Source: an uncultured Solirubrobacteraceae bacterium (GTDB taxonomy: Bacteria; Actinomycetota; Thermoleophilia; Solirubrobacterales; Solirubrobacteraceae). Taken from it: a stretch of 64,000 nucleotides of DNA. Where the stretch lies: the NCBI GenBank assembly GCA_964588985.1, contig CAZPQW010000016.1:15452-79451 (forward strand), written 5' to 3'. The notes beneath the pieces were generated by a model. It was not told the DNA's origin, ran no database searches, and saw only the letters and a program-made list of their open reading frames with translations. The position numbers and the translations under genes were made by a program. Below, one piece after another: positions 38,226 through 48,213 of the stretch; position 1 is the first letter of the stretch, and the number at the start of each line of letters is the position of its first letter.

Positions 38226-39203
38226 ATGGACGCCGCCGCCATCTTTCCCTCCGCGCGGATGCGCGCGGGGATGTACGAGTCCTTCTACCTGCGCGCGGTC
38301 TCGCCCAGCGAGCCGGTGGGCGTGTGGATCCGCAACACCGTCCACAAGGCGCCCGGGCGCCCGCCGCAGGGCTCGGTGTGGTGCACCGTGTTCGACGCCC
38401 GCGCCGGCGCGCCCTTCATGCACAAGCACAGCACGCACCAGCTGAGCGTCCCCGCCGGCGGCTGGATCGCGATCGGCCCAGACACCAGCATGGGAGCCGG
38501 CCGTGCGCAGGGAAGCTGCGGCCCCGCACGCTGGTCGCTGACCTACTCGAGCGCTGAGCCCGAACTGCGCCACCTCTCCCCCGAGTGGCTCTACCGCATG
38601 CCGCTGCCGCGCACCAAGCTCACCAGCCCCGCGCCCGCCGCCGCGTTCGACGGCGTGCTCGAGCTGGACGGACGCGACCCGATCGAGCTGAGCGGCTGGC
38701 GCGGCATGGTCGGCCACAACTGGGGCAGCGAGCACGCCGAGCGCTGGATCTGGCTGCACGGGATCGACTTCGCCGACACGCCCGACGCGTGGCTCGACGT
38801 GGCCCTCGGCCGGCTGCTCATCGCCGGCCGCATGACCCCGTGGGTGGCCAACGGCGTGCTCAGCCTCGACGGCCGCCGCCACCGTCTCGGCGGCCTCGGC
38901 GCGCGCGGGCTGCGGGTGAGCGAGAGCGCCCAGGGAGCCGTGCTGGAGATCCCCGGCGGGCACGGCCTGTCGCTGCGGGCGCGCGTGGACGTTCCGCCCG
39001 GGTCGGCCGCCGGCTGGCGTTACGCGGACCCCGACGGCGGCGAGCACGACGTCGTCAACTGCTCCGTCGCCGCGCTCGAGCTGACCGTCGAGCGGGAGGG
39101 CGCCCGGTCCAGGACGCTGCGGACGGAGCAGGGCTGCGCGTATGAGTTGGGGATGCGCGAGCGCGACCACGGCGTCGCGATCGCCCCGTTCTCCGACGGC
39201 TGA
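38226..39203 (+). CDS. Hypothetical protein, tocopherol-cyclase/AttH-like beta fold
   Basis: YESFYL, GMVGHNWGSEHAERWIW. Confidence 0.65.
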   Translation: MDAAAIFPSARMRAGMYESFYLRAVSPSEPVGVWIRNTVHKAPGRPPQGSVWCTVFDARAGAPFMHKHSTHQLSVPAGGWIAIGPDTSMGAGRAQGSCGPARWSLTYSSAEPELRHLSPEWLYRMPLPRTKLTSPAPAAAFDGVLELDGRDPIELSGWRGMVGHNWGSEHAERWIWLHGIDFADTPDAWLDVALGRLLIAGRMTPWVANGVLSLDGRRHRLGGLGARGLRVSESAQGAVLEIPGGHGLSLRARVDVPPGSAAGWRYADPDGGEHDVVNCSVAALELTVEREGARSRTLRTEQGCAYELGMRERDHGVAIAPFSDG

Positions 39204-39221
39204 CTCAGCTGAGATCCACCA

Positions 39222-39427
39222 CTGCGACTGGGCCGGCGAGAAGTTACCGGCCCAGCCGTGTGGAGGGGTCTGAGGAGCCTTGAACCGGCCCCTCAGGAGG
39301 GGAGGAGAGAAACGTCATGTGGGAGTGCTCTGCCGGCTCACGGCGGATTGGCCTGGATGAGAGACCTCCGCCCAGTCCATCGGACCTACCGTCCCGACTC
39401 GCTGGTGAACGTGTTACCGACATTGCT
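39222..39427 (-). ncRNA. Candidate structured small RNA
   Basis: Own promoter-like TTGACG-16-TATGTT, several stems that need G-U pairs on the minus strand, CU-rich linkers, terminal GC hairpin. Confidence 0.5.
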
Positions 39428-39432
39428 CAGTA

Positions 39433-39460
39433 AACATATCAAGAATATGGAGATCGTCAA
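39433..39460 (-). promoter_or_regulatory. Sigma-70-type promoter facing the intergenic region
   Basis: -35 TTGACG (39455-60), -10 TATGTT (39433-38). Confidence 0.55.
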
Positions 39461-39510
39461 GGGGTGCCCGTAAAGATCTCCAAAGGCGTCGAGCGGCCGC
39501 CGCAGCGCTC

Positions 39511-41262
39511 ATGCCCAAGCTCGATCCGGCCGATCTGCCATATGCAGGGCATTCCACCATGCAAGAGCCGCAGATCACAACACCGCAGCCCGGGCCGACC
39601 GCCGACCCGACGCTCGACGGGCAGCGCCTCACGGTCGCGGCCGAAGCGCTGCTGCGCGAGCATCCCGACGCTTATGTGTGCGGGCTCGCCGCCAACGGGC
39701 TGATAGTTCCCGTGCCGCAGACCGTTGGCCTGTGGGGCCAGGGGCTGATCGAGGGCCGGGCGCTGATCGATCACGTGGTGGCGGCCGATCGCATCACCGT
39801 CACCAGGCTGTGGGTGCGCATCCAGGAGGAGGGCGCCGCCTCGGCGAAGGTGCGGATGCTGCGCAAACCGACCAGCTGGGCGACGCTTCACTTCCTCGAC
39901 CTGCGCGAAATCCACGGCGTGCTGCTCGGCATCGTGATCCCCAGCTCCGAGGAGGCCCAGGACGCCGGCGAGCTCGAGGAGCTGCCGTTCGCCGCGCCTC
40001 GCTTCTGCTCGCTGATGGAGGACGAGACGGCCAAAGTGCTCGACTGCGACGACGCCTTCACGGAGATGTTCGGCTACACGCTGGAGGAGCTGCTCGGCGA
40101 GTCCGTGCTCGACCAGATCCACCCCGACGACCAGGGCCGCGCGGTGGAGGGCTGGCTGGCGGTCGTCTCCACCAACCGCGACCAGCAGACCCGCCTGCGC
40201 CGCAGGCGCAAGGACGGGACGTGGATGTGGGTCGACACGACGCTTCGCAACTACCTCAACCAGCCCGGACGCAACCACGTGCTGGTGGAGATGATCGACA
40301 TCTCCGCCGAGATGCAGGCCCACGAGGCGCTCCAGGAACGCGAGGAGCTGCTGCGGCGCCTGACGAACGCGATGCCCGTCGGGCTGCTGCACCTCGACGT
40401 GGAGCGCAGCGTCGTCTACCACAACGCCAGACTGCTGGACATCCTCTACGGCTCGGACGCGAGCACACCCGAGCAGACCGTGGCCGAAGAGACGCCCGCA
40501 ACCGGGAGCTCCAACGCGGACGCCGACACCGCGAGCACGCTGCTGCAGACGCTGAGCGACGAGGGCAGGGCGGCCTTCGACGCGGCGCTCGCGGAAGTGC
40601 TCGGCGAGGGCGCCGATCGCGACGTCGAGGCCGACATCGTGCTGCCCATGGGCGCGTGGCGACGCGCGCTCTTCAGCCTGCGTGCGCTGCTGCGCGCGAA
40701 CGGCGAGGTGAGCGGCGCGATCACCTGCGTGCTCGACGTGACCGACAGCGCCCGCGCCCGCGAGGAGCTCGAGAAGCGCGCCACGTACGACACGCTCACG
40801 CTCTGCCGCAACCGCTCGTCGATCATCGCCGCCCTCGAGCACGAGCTCGAGCGCGAGGACGGCGCGCGCACGGGCGCTGTCTACGTCGACCTGGATCTCT
40901 TCAAGCCCGTCAACGACACCCTCGGGCACGCCGCCGGCGACGAGCTGCTGGCGCTCGCCGGCGAGCGCCTCAGGCTCGCGAGCCGCGACAGCGACGTCGT
41001 GGGGCGCCTCGGGGGCGACGAGTTCCTCGTCGTCCTGCGCGACGTCCCCGACACCGACACCGCCGTGCGCGTCGCCAACCGCATCAGCGAGGTGCTGTGC
41101 GGGACGTGCGAGCTCTCCTGCGGCAGCGTCGAGCTGCGCGCGAGCATCGGCGTCGCGTGCTCGGCCGACGAGACGATCACGGCCGAAGAGCTCGTCAAGC
41201 GCGCCGACGCCGCGATGTACGCGTCAAAGGACCAGGGCCGGTGCGCGCCCGTCCTCGCCTGA
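39511..41262 (+). CDS. PAS-domain diguanylate cyclase
   Basis: IHPDD PAS motif; FKPVNDTLGH, RLGGDEF, ADAAMY. Confidence 0.93.
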   Translation: MPKLDPADLPYAGHSTMQEPQITTPQPGPTADPTLDGQRLTVAAEALLREHPDAYVCGLAANGLIVPVPQTVGLWGQGLIEGRALIDHVVAADRITVTRLWVRIQEEGAASAKVRMLRKPTSWATLHFLDLREIHGVLLGIVIPSSEEAQDAGELEELPFAAPRFCSLMEDETAKVLDCDDAFTEMFGYTLEELLGESVLDQIHPDDQGRAVEGWLAVVSTNRDQQTRLRRRRKDGTWMWVDTTLRNYLNQPGRNHVLVEMIDISAEMQAHEALQEREELLRRLTNAMPVGLLHLDVERSVVYHNARLLDILYGSDASTPEQTVAEETPATGSSNADADTASTLLQTLSDEGRAAFDAALAEVLGEGADRDVEADIVLPMGAWRRALFSLRALLRANGEVSGAITCVLDVTDSARAREELEKRATYDTLTLCRNRSSIIAALEHELEREDGARTGAVYVDLDLFKPVNDTLGHAAGDELLALAGERLRLASRDSDVVGRLGGDEFLVVLRDVPDTDTAVRVANRISEVLCGTCELSCGSVELRASIGVACSADETITAEELVKRADAAMYASKDQGRCAPVLA

Positions 41263-41293
41263 CAAGCGGAACGGCTCGCGCAGAGAACGCAGA

Positions 41294-41339
41294 AGGGCGG
41301 GAAGTCAGGAGCCCGTTACGAGCGCCCGCTCCCCGCCCT
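41294..41339 (-). terminator. Hairpin between convergent genes
   Basis: AGGGCGGG...CCCGCCCT extended stem. Confidence 0.5.
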
Positions 41340-41375
41340 CGAGCGAGATTGCGAATCTAACCTAGGCGGCGAGGA

Positions 41376-42107
41376 CTATTCGAAGCCGAGGTTTCCCCCG
41401 ATCAGTTCCTCGTGCAGCACACCCCTGTAGGAGCCGGTTTTGGCTTCGGGGTGTTTGAATTCCGAGCACTCGCCTTCTTCGAAGCTGAATTCCATGTTCT
41501 TGAATTCAGTCGAGATCTGCAGCTCCTTCTGGAAGCCGGTCGGGAACGCCTTGAGGTGCGTGCTCGCGACTTCTTCGTTCGAGAACAGAGCCGCCGAGTA
41601 CTGTTCTTCGGGTTTGGCGATCGCCCTCATCGGCACCGTCTGAGCGGGCCAGCTGATCAGGCACTTGATGCCCGTGATTTTCAGTTCGGCCGCGCCGCTG
41701 CCGATTTCAACCGAGCCTTCTTCGCCTTCCGTGCCGACTTCGGCGGAGCCGTTGGCGTGGAAGCTGTATTCGACCGGCGCCAGGAACCTGGTCTTCAGCG
41801 TCGCTGGTTCCGCGCCGACTTTGATCGACGTCGTGCAGCCGTGGTATTTGGCCACGACCTTCAGCGTCGCGGACGCTTCTTCGGTCACGATCCCCTTCGT
41901 GCCCGCGCTTTCGCAGGTTGTGTGGATCGGTCCGAATTTGAACGCCTGCGGCCCGACGCTGCCGCCCTTGACCTTGCCCGGCGTCGCTTCGGAAATCGTC
42001 TTTTTCGCGATGCTGGCCGTAAAGGTGTGGGCCATCGCGGCGGTGGCGCTGAGCGCAACCGCGCACACGGCAGCCATCAGCCCGAGTGTGATCCTCACGC
42101 GTCTCAT
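41376..42107 (-). CDS. Secreted beta-rich protein with paired cysteines
   Basis: Signal peptide ending AMA, AGGAGA RBS. Confidence 0.8.
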   Translation of the reverse strand: MRRVRITLGLMAAVCAVALSATAAMAHTFTASIAKKTISEATPGKVKGGSVGPQAFKFGPIHTTCESAGTKGIVTEEASATLKVVAKYHGCTTSIKVGAEPATLKTRFLAPVEYSFHANGSAEVGTEGEEGSVEIGSGAAELKITGIKCLISWPAQTVPMRAIAKPEEQYSAALFSNEEVASTHLKAFPTGFQKELQISTEFKNMEFSFEEGECSEFKHPEAKTGSYRGVLHEELIGGNLGFE

Positions 42108-42535
42108 TCTCCTAGGTCCTCGCTTTCGCCCCGGAAGGCTAGATTCGGCTAGTTGTTGTCAACCTGATGCCGCCCGCGGGTACTTGGGTTCCCCTCCACA
42201 GACCCCGAGATGGCGGGCCGAGCATACCATAGGCGCACCGTCCGAAACGCAGCGCAGAACCTGCCGACATCCAGTATCGGTGGGGAAAATCGCGGACATG
42301 GCCGACTCAAAACTCAACCCGACCCGTCACAACCGCTCGACATCTCGTTTGCATGACGTTCACAAGCGATGATGCTGGACGCTAGCGTACCCAATCGTTT
42401 CGCATCGCGCTCCCCGGGCTTAGCTCTGTATTAGGCGCGGCTGGCAGTCTCCCCTCATGGCTCTACCCTCCCAGGCGTAGGGCCAGGGCCCATCGGACCA
42501 CCATTCACGGGCCCGCAACCAAGAGCGCACAACCC

Positions 42536-43249
42536 ATGGCCGGTACACCCAAACGGAAGATCATGATCGGCGTGGCCGTGCTCGCGATCCTCGTCGGGAC
42601 GGTCCTTGCGATCGTGACGGCCTCCGGCTCGAGCGAGGGGCCGCTGGTACGTCCGCACCACGATGCGGATGCTCGCGACAGTCGCGGCGATCTCGCGCTC
42701 GCCTCCGCCTACCTCGGCGTCTCCAGGGCGCAGCTTCGACACGAGCTGAGCTCCGGCTCGACGCTCGCCGACATCGCCAACGCGACCAGCGGGCACTCCG
42801 CGTCCGGCCTAGAGCATGCGATGTTCGCGGCCAGAGCGGCGCGCCTGAGCGAAGCTGTCTCCACGGGAGCGCTGTCCAAGGCCAAGCAGACGAGCAGACT
42901 TGCGAGGCTGTCCGAACACCTCGCCGCCGAGATCTACCGTCAGCACACCGTCAACGCCGGATCCGGCGACATCGCGACCGCGGGCGCCTATCTCGGGCTC
43001 ACGACCAGGCAGATCCGCGACGAGCTGCGCTCCGGACGCTCGCTCGCCCAGATCGCGGCCGCCAGGGCGGGGAAGTCCGCCGGCGGCCTGATCCACGCGC
43101 TCGTGACCGCCAAGCGCGCCGCGCTCGCGGCCGCCGTCCACTCGGGGACGCTCAGCCGCTCGGCCCAGAGCACGATGAGCGCCGAGCTCGAGCGACGGGC
43201 GACCGCGGAGGTCGACCGCGTGCCTTCCAAGCGCGCCGCCCGCGGCTGA
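42536..43249 (+). CDS. Membrane-anchored protein with two internal repeats
   Basis: N-terminal TM; AYLG.S/T..Q.R.EL.SG.S/TLA.IA repeated twice. Confidence 0.75.
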   Translation: MAGTPKRKIMIGVAVLAILVGTVLAIVTASGSSEGPLVRPHHDADARDSRGDLALASAYLGVSRAQLRHELSSGSTLADIANATSGHSASGLEHAMFAARAARLSEAVSTGALSKAKQTSRLARLSEHLAAEIYRQHTVNAGSGDIATAGAYLGLTTRQIRDELRSGRSLAQIAAARAGKSAGGLIHALVTAKRAALAAAVHSGTLSRSAQSTMSAELERRATAEVDRVPSKRAARG

Positions 43250-43266
43250 CGGTCGGGCCGCTCCGT

Positions 43267-43695
43267 TCAGGCCCCCGCCGGGTCCTCCAGCCTGAAGTGC
43301 GGGTTCTCGATGATGCCGATCGGCGAGCCCAGCGGGCTGTCCACGCTCGCCACGCGAATCCCGTCGCCCACGTCGTGGACCGCGCTGCGCTCCGTCGCGC
43401 CGTGCGACAGCAGCCACGCCATGCCCGCATCCGCGTCGTCCACGCCCCAGTAGGTCATCGGACCGTCCGCCGCGGGCATGTCCGGGTTCAGGCCCAGCTC
43501 GTAGCCGCCGACGTTGTAACCGACGTAGAACGGCTCGTCGAAATACGGGGCGATCCCGAGCAGGTCCGTGAACCAGCGCTTGGCCTCGTCGAGGCTCGGC
43601 GCCGGGTAGATGATCGTTCGCAGGCCGAGGAACACAGGTGCAAGTTTCACATAGCGAGAGGACGGCACTTTCGCGCGCGCCGGCTGACTTTGCAC
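43267..43695 (-). CDS. VOC family protein
   Basis: GLRTIIY...PYFDEPFYVG..VGGYELGL...DVGDGI. True start probably slightly downstream. Confidence 0.88.
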   Translation of the reverse strand: MQSQPARAKVPSSRYVKLAPVFLGLRTIIYPAPSLDEAKRWFTDLLGIAPYFDEPFYVGYNVGGYELGLNPDMPAADGPMTYWGVDDADAGMAWLLSHGATERSAVHDVGDGIRVASVDSPLGSPIGIIENPHFRLEDPAGA

Positions 43696-43800
43696 TCGAA
43701 AATGCAGACGTAAGGCTTCTTTCTGAGGCCGTCGATGTCCCCGTCAAAGGACACGTGTGTGTCCGTATCCAAAAGACCAACAAGGGGGCACAACGTGTTC

Positions 43801-44253
43801 ATGCACCTTGGCAGGCGCAACAAAAGCGCCGGCCGCAAACGTAAGACCGCGGCGCTGCTTGCGCTCGTGCTTGCAGCCATGATCGGGGTGGGCGCTTACG
43901 CGTTTACCGCGAGCAACGAAATCAAAGCTCGGTACGCAGGTGCCGGCACAGCGACGGTCAGCGGCTACACGAACGCCAAAGACGTCAGCTACACGTGGAA
44001 CGAAGCAGGCACCAAGATGACCGCCACCAACTTCGTGTTGGAAGGCAGCGAAATCCCGTCCGACGTCAAGGTCGCCCTGACCGAAGGCGCTCCGAAAACA
44101 GCCGACTGGGTCGACTGTGCAGGCAGCGGTGGAGAAATCAAAGAACTCACCGCAACGACGTTCGAAGTCTCCTGCAAATTCGAAGTGGAAAACAAACTAG
44201 GTGACAACCTGGCAGTAGCAGCAGTCAGCGAAGGCACCGTGGTCATCGAATAA
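43801..44253 (+). CDS. Secreted protein with SipW-type signal peptide (TasA/camelysin-like fibre subunit candidate)
   Basis: Basic N-region, h-region, GAYA|FT cleavage pattern, beta-rich with two Cys; immediately upstream of a SipW-like peptidase. Start may be GTG 43795. Confidence 0.7.
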   Translation: MHLGRRNKSAGRKRKTAALLALVLAAMIGVGAYAFTASNEIKARYAGAGTATVSGYTNAKDVSYTWNEAGTKMTATNFVLEGSEIPSDVKVALTEGAPKTADWVDCAGSGGEIKELTATTFEVSCKFEVENKLGDNLAVAAVSEGTVVIE

Positions 44254-44269
44254 CGAGACCCATGGGCTC

Positions 44270-44300
44270 GCGGAGCGGCCGGAAACCCCGGCCGCTCCGC
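44270..44300 (+). terminator. 13-bp perfect hairpin between subunit and peptidase genes
   Basis: GCGGAGCGGCCGG-aaacc-CCGGCCGCTCCGC. Confidence 0.65.
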
Positions 44301-44313
44301 ACCTTTACCAGTC

Positions 44314-46197
44314 ATGAAACCGAGACTCGTCAAACGAATCGCATCCAGCGCCCTAGGACTGATCGTCCTGGGGCTCGTGTGGTTCTACACGGCACCGACG
44401 GGCTTCGGCGGCTCCACGACCTACGTGGTCACACACGGAGTCAGCATGGAACCTCGCTTCCACACGGGCGACCTCGCGATCGTTCGCAGCCAGAGCAGCT
44501 ACCACGTGGGCGAAGTCGTCGCCTACGAGAGCAAGATGCTCGGCACCGTCGTGCTGCACCGGATCATCGGCAAGACCGGCGACCGGTACCTGTTCAAGGG
44601 CGACAACAACCACTTCATCGACTTCGAACATCCGACCGCCAAGCAGCTGGTCGGCTCGCTGCGGCTGCACATCGCGGGCGCGGGCGCGGAGTTCCAGTCG
44701 ATCCGATCCCCGGCGCTCGTCGGGATCCTCGTCGCCGTCGCGATCCTACTGCTCACCGGAGGCGTGTTCACCAAACGCCGCAGGCGCAGGCGCAGGCAGG
44801 CGCAGGACGATGTGCAGACCACCCAGCACCAGCCGATGCGAGCACTGAAGCGCCCCTCCGAGCACGCGACCGGCGTACTCACGGTCGGCCTGATCGCCCT
44901 GTTCCCGTTCGTGCTGCTCGCGCTGCTCGCGTTCACCCGTCCGCCCACCGCACGGCGGCCCTCAGAAATCTCCTACAAGCAGAGCGGCAAGCTCTCATAC
45001 TCGGCGCACGCGACGCCTGGACCGACCTACGCGAACAACGTCGCCCAGACCGGCGACCCGCTCTTCACACGCGTCGTCAACGACGTCGACCTGCACTTCG
45101 AGTACCGGCTCGACACGACCGCCAAGCAGTCGCTCGCCGGAGCCGCCTACATGTCCGCGAACGTCGCATCGACGAGCGGCTGGCACACGACGCTCGCGCT
45201 CGGCGGCACCACCCGCTTCCACGGCAACCGCGCGACCGTCGACGCGACGCTCGGCCTGAACTCGCTTTTCGACCTGCTCCATCGCGTCCAGGCCACCACG
45301 GGGGTCAGCAGCGGCTACACGCTCACCCTCGTTCCCCACGTCAGCACGCACGGGACGATCGACTCCAAGCCGCTGCACGCGACGTTCGCGCCGCAGATTC
45401 CCTTCACCGTCACCCCGCTCGAGGTCGAGCCCGTGGCGGCCAGTACCAGCACGACCACCACCACCGACGCGAAACCAGCGAAGAGCCCCTTCGCGCCCGC
45501 CGCGTCCGGCACGGTGAAGGGAACCGACTACAAGCCGCTCTACCTCCCGCTCGGGTTCGCGCGTCCGTCCGTGTCCACCGCGCGCCGTGTCGCGCTGGGC
45601 GGGATCGCGCTCGTCGTGCTCGTGCTGCTCGGGGTCCTCGCCCTCCCCCGGCCACGACGCAAGGCCGAGTCGACGACCATCCGTTCGCGTTACGGGCGCA
45701 TGGTCGTGCAGGTGGATCGCGTCTGGCAGCTGCCCGGGGTGCCAGTGATCGACGTCGCGGACATGGACGCGCTCGCTCGGATCGCCGAACACTACGATCG
45801 CTCGATCCTGCACGAGACCACCGACGAAGGCGAGGCCTTCTGGGTCACCGACGAGAGCGGCCAGTTCCGCTACGCGATCGGCGTGTGGGCGCCCGCGGCG
45901 CTTGCCCCGGAGGCGATCGGCGAGCAGATCGCGGCCGAGGCTCCCCTCTACCCGGAGCCAGAGGCGCCGGCCGAGGAGCTTCCGTACGAACCGTTCACCG
46001 GCCAGGCCCACACCGCCGAGATCCCGCTCGGCGGGTTGGTGTCCGTGTATGAGACCCAGCCCGCGCCCGAGATCTTCGCGAGCGCCCCGGTCGTGGAGGA
46101 CTGGGCCGCCCACGACGCCGCCGACGCGATCGTGCGCGAATGGCGCGCGGGGTGGGACACGGCGGATGTGACGCGGACGTCGAGCAGCCCCGTCTGA
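44314..46197 (+). CDS. SipW-type signal peptidase I (S26B) fused to a large DUF5305-like C-terminal region
   Basis: GVSMEP (Ser), GDL, VLHR (His), KGDNN..D; extra TMs, beta-rich domain, acidic tail. Confidence 0.85.
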   Translation: MKPRLVKRIASSALGLIVLGLVWFYTAPTGFGGSTTYVVTHGVSMEPRFHTGDLAIVRSQSSYHVGEVVAYESKMLGTVVLHRIIGKTGDRYLFKGDNNHFIDFEHPTAKQLVGSLRLHIAGAGAEFQSIRSPALVGILVAVAILLLTGGVFTKRRRRRRRQAQDDVQTTQHQPMRALKRPSEHATGVLTVGLIALFPFVLLALLAFTRPPTARRPSEISYKQSGKLSYSAHATPGPTYANNVAQTGDPLFTRVVNDVDLHFEYRLDTTAKQSLAGAAYMSANVASTSGWHTTLALGGTTRFHGNRATVDATLGLNSLFDLLHRVQATTGVSSGYTLTLVPHVSTHGTIDSKPLHATFAPQIPFTVTPLEVEPVAASTSTTTTTDAKPAKSPFAPAASGTVKGTDYKPLYLPLGFARPSVSTARRVALGGIALVVLVLLGVLALPRPRRKAESTTIRSRYGRMVVQVDRVWQLPGVPVIDVADMDALARIAEHYDRSILHETTDEGEAFWVTDESGQFRYAIGVWAPAALAPEAIGEQIAAEAPLYPEPEAPAEELPYEPFTGQAHTAEIPLGGLVSVYETQPAPEIFASAPVVEDWAAHDAADAIVREWRAGWDTADVTRTSSSPV

Positions 46198-46226
46198 GCA
46201 CCGCGTCGATCTTCGCGAAGCCCGCC

Positions 46227-47702
46227 TTACGCCGGAGAGGCTCCGCGACTCGCAAGCTGTCCTACGAACCGCACCGCCCCTGGCATCCGGCGCGCGAGCG
46301 CAACGGCAACACGATCTGAGCGGCGCATGTACCCTGCCGCCCCGTCGAGCTCGGCCTGCGGTGCGCGCTCCTCATCCAGAGCGTAGAGGCGCCATGAGCC
46401 GGGAACGCCCTTCAGCTCGTGCTCGCCGCGGCTCGTGAACAACATGTTCGAGCCGACGACGAGCTCCTTGACAGTCGAAGAGACCACGATCTCGCCGGGT
46501 TCCGCGAGCGCGCCGACGCGGGCGCCGATGTGGACGGCCAAACCACCGAGATCGTCACCGACCACCTCGCACTCGCCGGAGTGGATACCGCTGCGCAAAC
46601 GTATTCCGAGCTCCGCGACGCCCTCGCGTATCGCCTCAGCGCAGCGCATCGCGATCGCCGGCCCGTCGAACGCGGACAACGACCCGTCACCGATGTGCTT
46701 CACGACTCGGCCGCCGTGCTCGGATACGGTCCTGTCTACGAGTTGGTCGTGGCGCTCCAGCACCTCTCGCCAGGCGCGATCGCCGAGCTCCGCCGCGCGC
46801 GACGTCGAGGCCACGATGTCCGTGAACAGCACGGTCGCCAGTATCCGGTTCGGCTCTGTGCGGTGCACGGCGCCGGTGACGAACCGCTCGACCTCCTCCA
46901 CCAGCCCATCGGCGAACCAGAAGGCGTGATCGACACCCGGGAGCGTGACGAGGCGGGCGCCGGTTATCCCATCCGCAAGCTGCTGGCCGGCCTCCACCGG
47001 AATGATGCTGTCGTCGACCGCATGCACCACAAGCGTCGGCATGCGCACCGCCGACAGGACGTCGCGCACATCGATCCGTACCACGGTTTCGATGAGGGCT
47101 CGGGCCATTCGCGGGCTCGCCGCGGCCCTCGCGAACATCCCGAACCCGCGCTTCTGCGACTCGGTCATGGTCACGCTCGGGGCCAGGGTCTTCATCAGCA
47201 TGCCCCCGTCACCCCAATGGTCGAGTATCTCGTCGAAATCCTCGAAGCTGCGTTCCGCGCGCTGGAGGACCTCAGCTGGCCACGTCTCGCGGGCAGCCTC
47301 CATCGCGCATGCGAACGCCCCGAACAGCACCAGCAGCGAGACCCGCTCCGGATGCATCGCTGCCATCAGCACCGCCGCGGGACCACCCTCCGAGACACCC
47401 AAGAGCGCGGCCCGGCGCGAGCCCGCCGCGTCAAGGACCGCGTCCATGTCGGCCACGCGCTCCTCGAGCGTCGGCAGCTGCCGGACCGGGTCCGACAGAC
47501 CGGTGCCGGGCTTGTCGTAGATGATCAGCCGCGCGAATGAAGCAAGGCGGCCCATGAAGCGCGCCATCGCAGGCTCTGCCCACTGCAGATCCAAGTGCGA
47601 GATGAAGCCCGGCGACAGGAGCAGATCGACCGGACCGTCGCCCACCACCTGATAGGCGATCGAGATCCCGTCTCGCTCGACGTACTGCGTCTGCGGCTGC
47701 AC
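46227..47702 (-). CDS. Alpha/beta hydrolase + class III cyclase fusion (LipJ-like)
   Basis: IAYQVVG, GTGLSD, GVSEGG; FTDIVAST, KHIGDG, VHIGARV, ELKGVPG. Confidence 0.92.
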   Translation of the reverse strand: MQPQTQYVERDGISIAYQVVGDGPVDLLLSPGFISHLDLQWAEPAMARFMGRLASFARLIIYDKPGTGLSDPVRQLPTLEERVADMDAVLDAAGSRRAALLGVSEGGPAAVLMAAMHPERVSLLVLFGAFACAMEAARETWPAEVLQRAERSFEDFDEILDHWGDGGMLMKTLAPSVTMTESQKRGFGMFARAAASPRMARALIETVVRIDVRDVLSAVRMPTLVVHAVDDSIIPVEAGQQLADGITGARLVTLPGVDHAFWFADGLVEEVERFVTGAVHRTEPNRILATVLFTDIVASTSRAAELGDRAWREVLERHDQLVDRTVSEHGGRVVKHIGDGSLSAFDGPAIAMRCAEAIREGVAELGIRLRSGIHSGECEVVGDDLGGLAVHIGARVGALAEPGEIVVSSTVKELVVGSNMLFTSRGEHELKGVPGSWRLYALDEERAPQAELDGAAGYMRRSDRVAVALARRMPGAVRFVGQLASRGASPA

Positions 47703-47911
47703 GACAACGAGTCTACGCTCGCGAGGACGACAAATGTCGAATGCGCGGCTAGTTCAGGTGTTGGGAACTTCACTACACAGGTCCACAGCCATCGGGCTCC
47801 GTATCTTGAGAAAATCGCGCAAATGCCGATAACAAGCGCAAATCGCGTAGATCACGCTATAATGATCTCGACCTCGCTCAGTGATCAAAAGCCTTTCGGA
47901 AGGAACCAGCA

Positions 47912-48181
47912 ATGTCCGCTGTCGGCTCACAACCAAGGCTGCTCTCCACAAAGCAGGCCGCCGAGCTGCTCAACGTCAGCAGACGCACGATCCTCAACTG
48001 GATCGAGGCGGAGAAGATTCCCTACCTCAAGCTGCCAGGTGGGGACTACCGCGTCCCACTCGCCGGCCTGCTCGCCTCGCTGTCCGGCACCTACCGCCTG
48101 GATGAGGAGATCCGGGCGCTGGATCAGCGATTCGCAGGAGTCAGCGACCAAGACGTACAAGCCGCTCTCGCAGACCTCTAG
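47912..48181 (+). CDS. HTH_17/excisionase-family DNA-binding protein (putative antitoxin)
   Basis: LLSTKQAAELLNVSRRTILNWIE..KIP...PGG.YR. Confidence 0.85.
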   Translation: MSAVGSQPRLLSTKQAAELLNVSRRTILNWIEAEKIPYLKLPGGDYRVPLAGLLASLSGTYRLDEEIRALDQRFAGVSDQDVQAALADL

Positions 48182-48213
48182 CCTCGAGATCGGCGTCCGG
48201 TAGACCATCGCCA

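Noticed and set aside
43696-43800. c-di-GMP riboswitch upstream of the TasA-like gene
   Set aside because: No GEMM-type consensus recognised.
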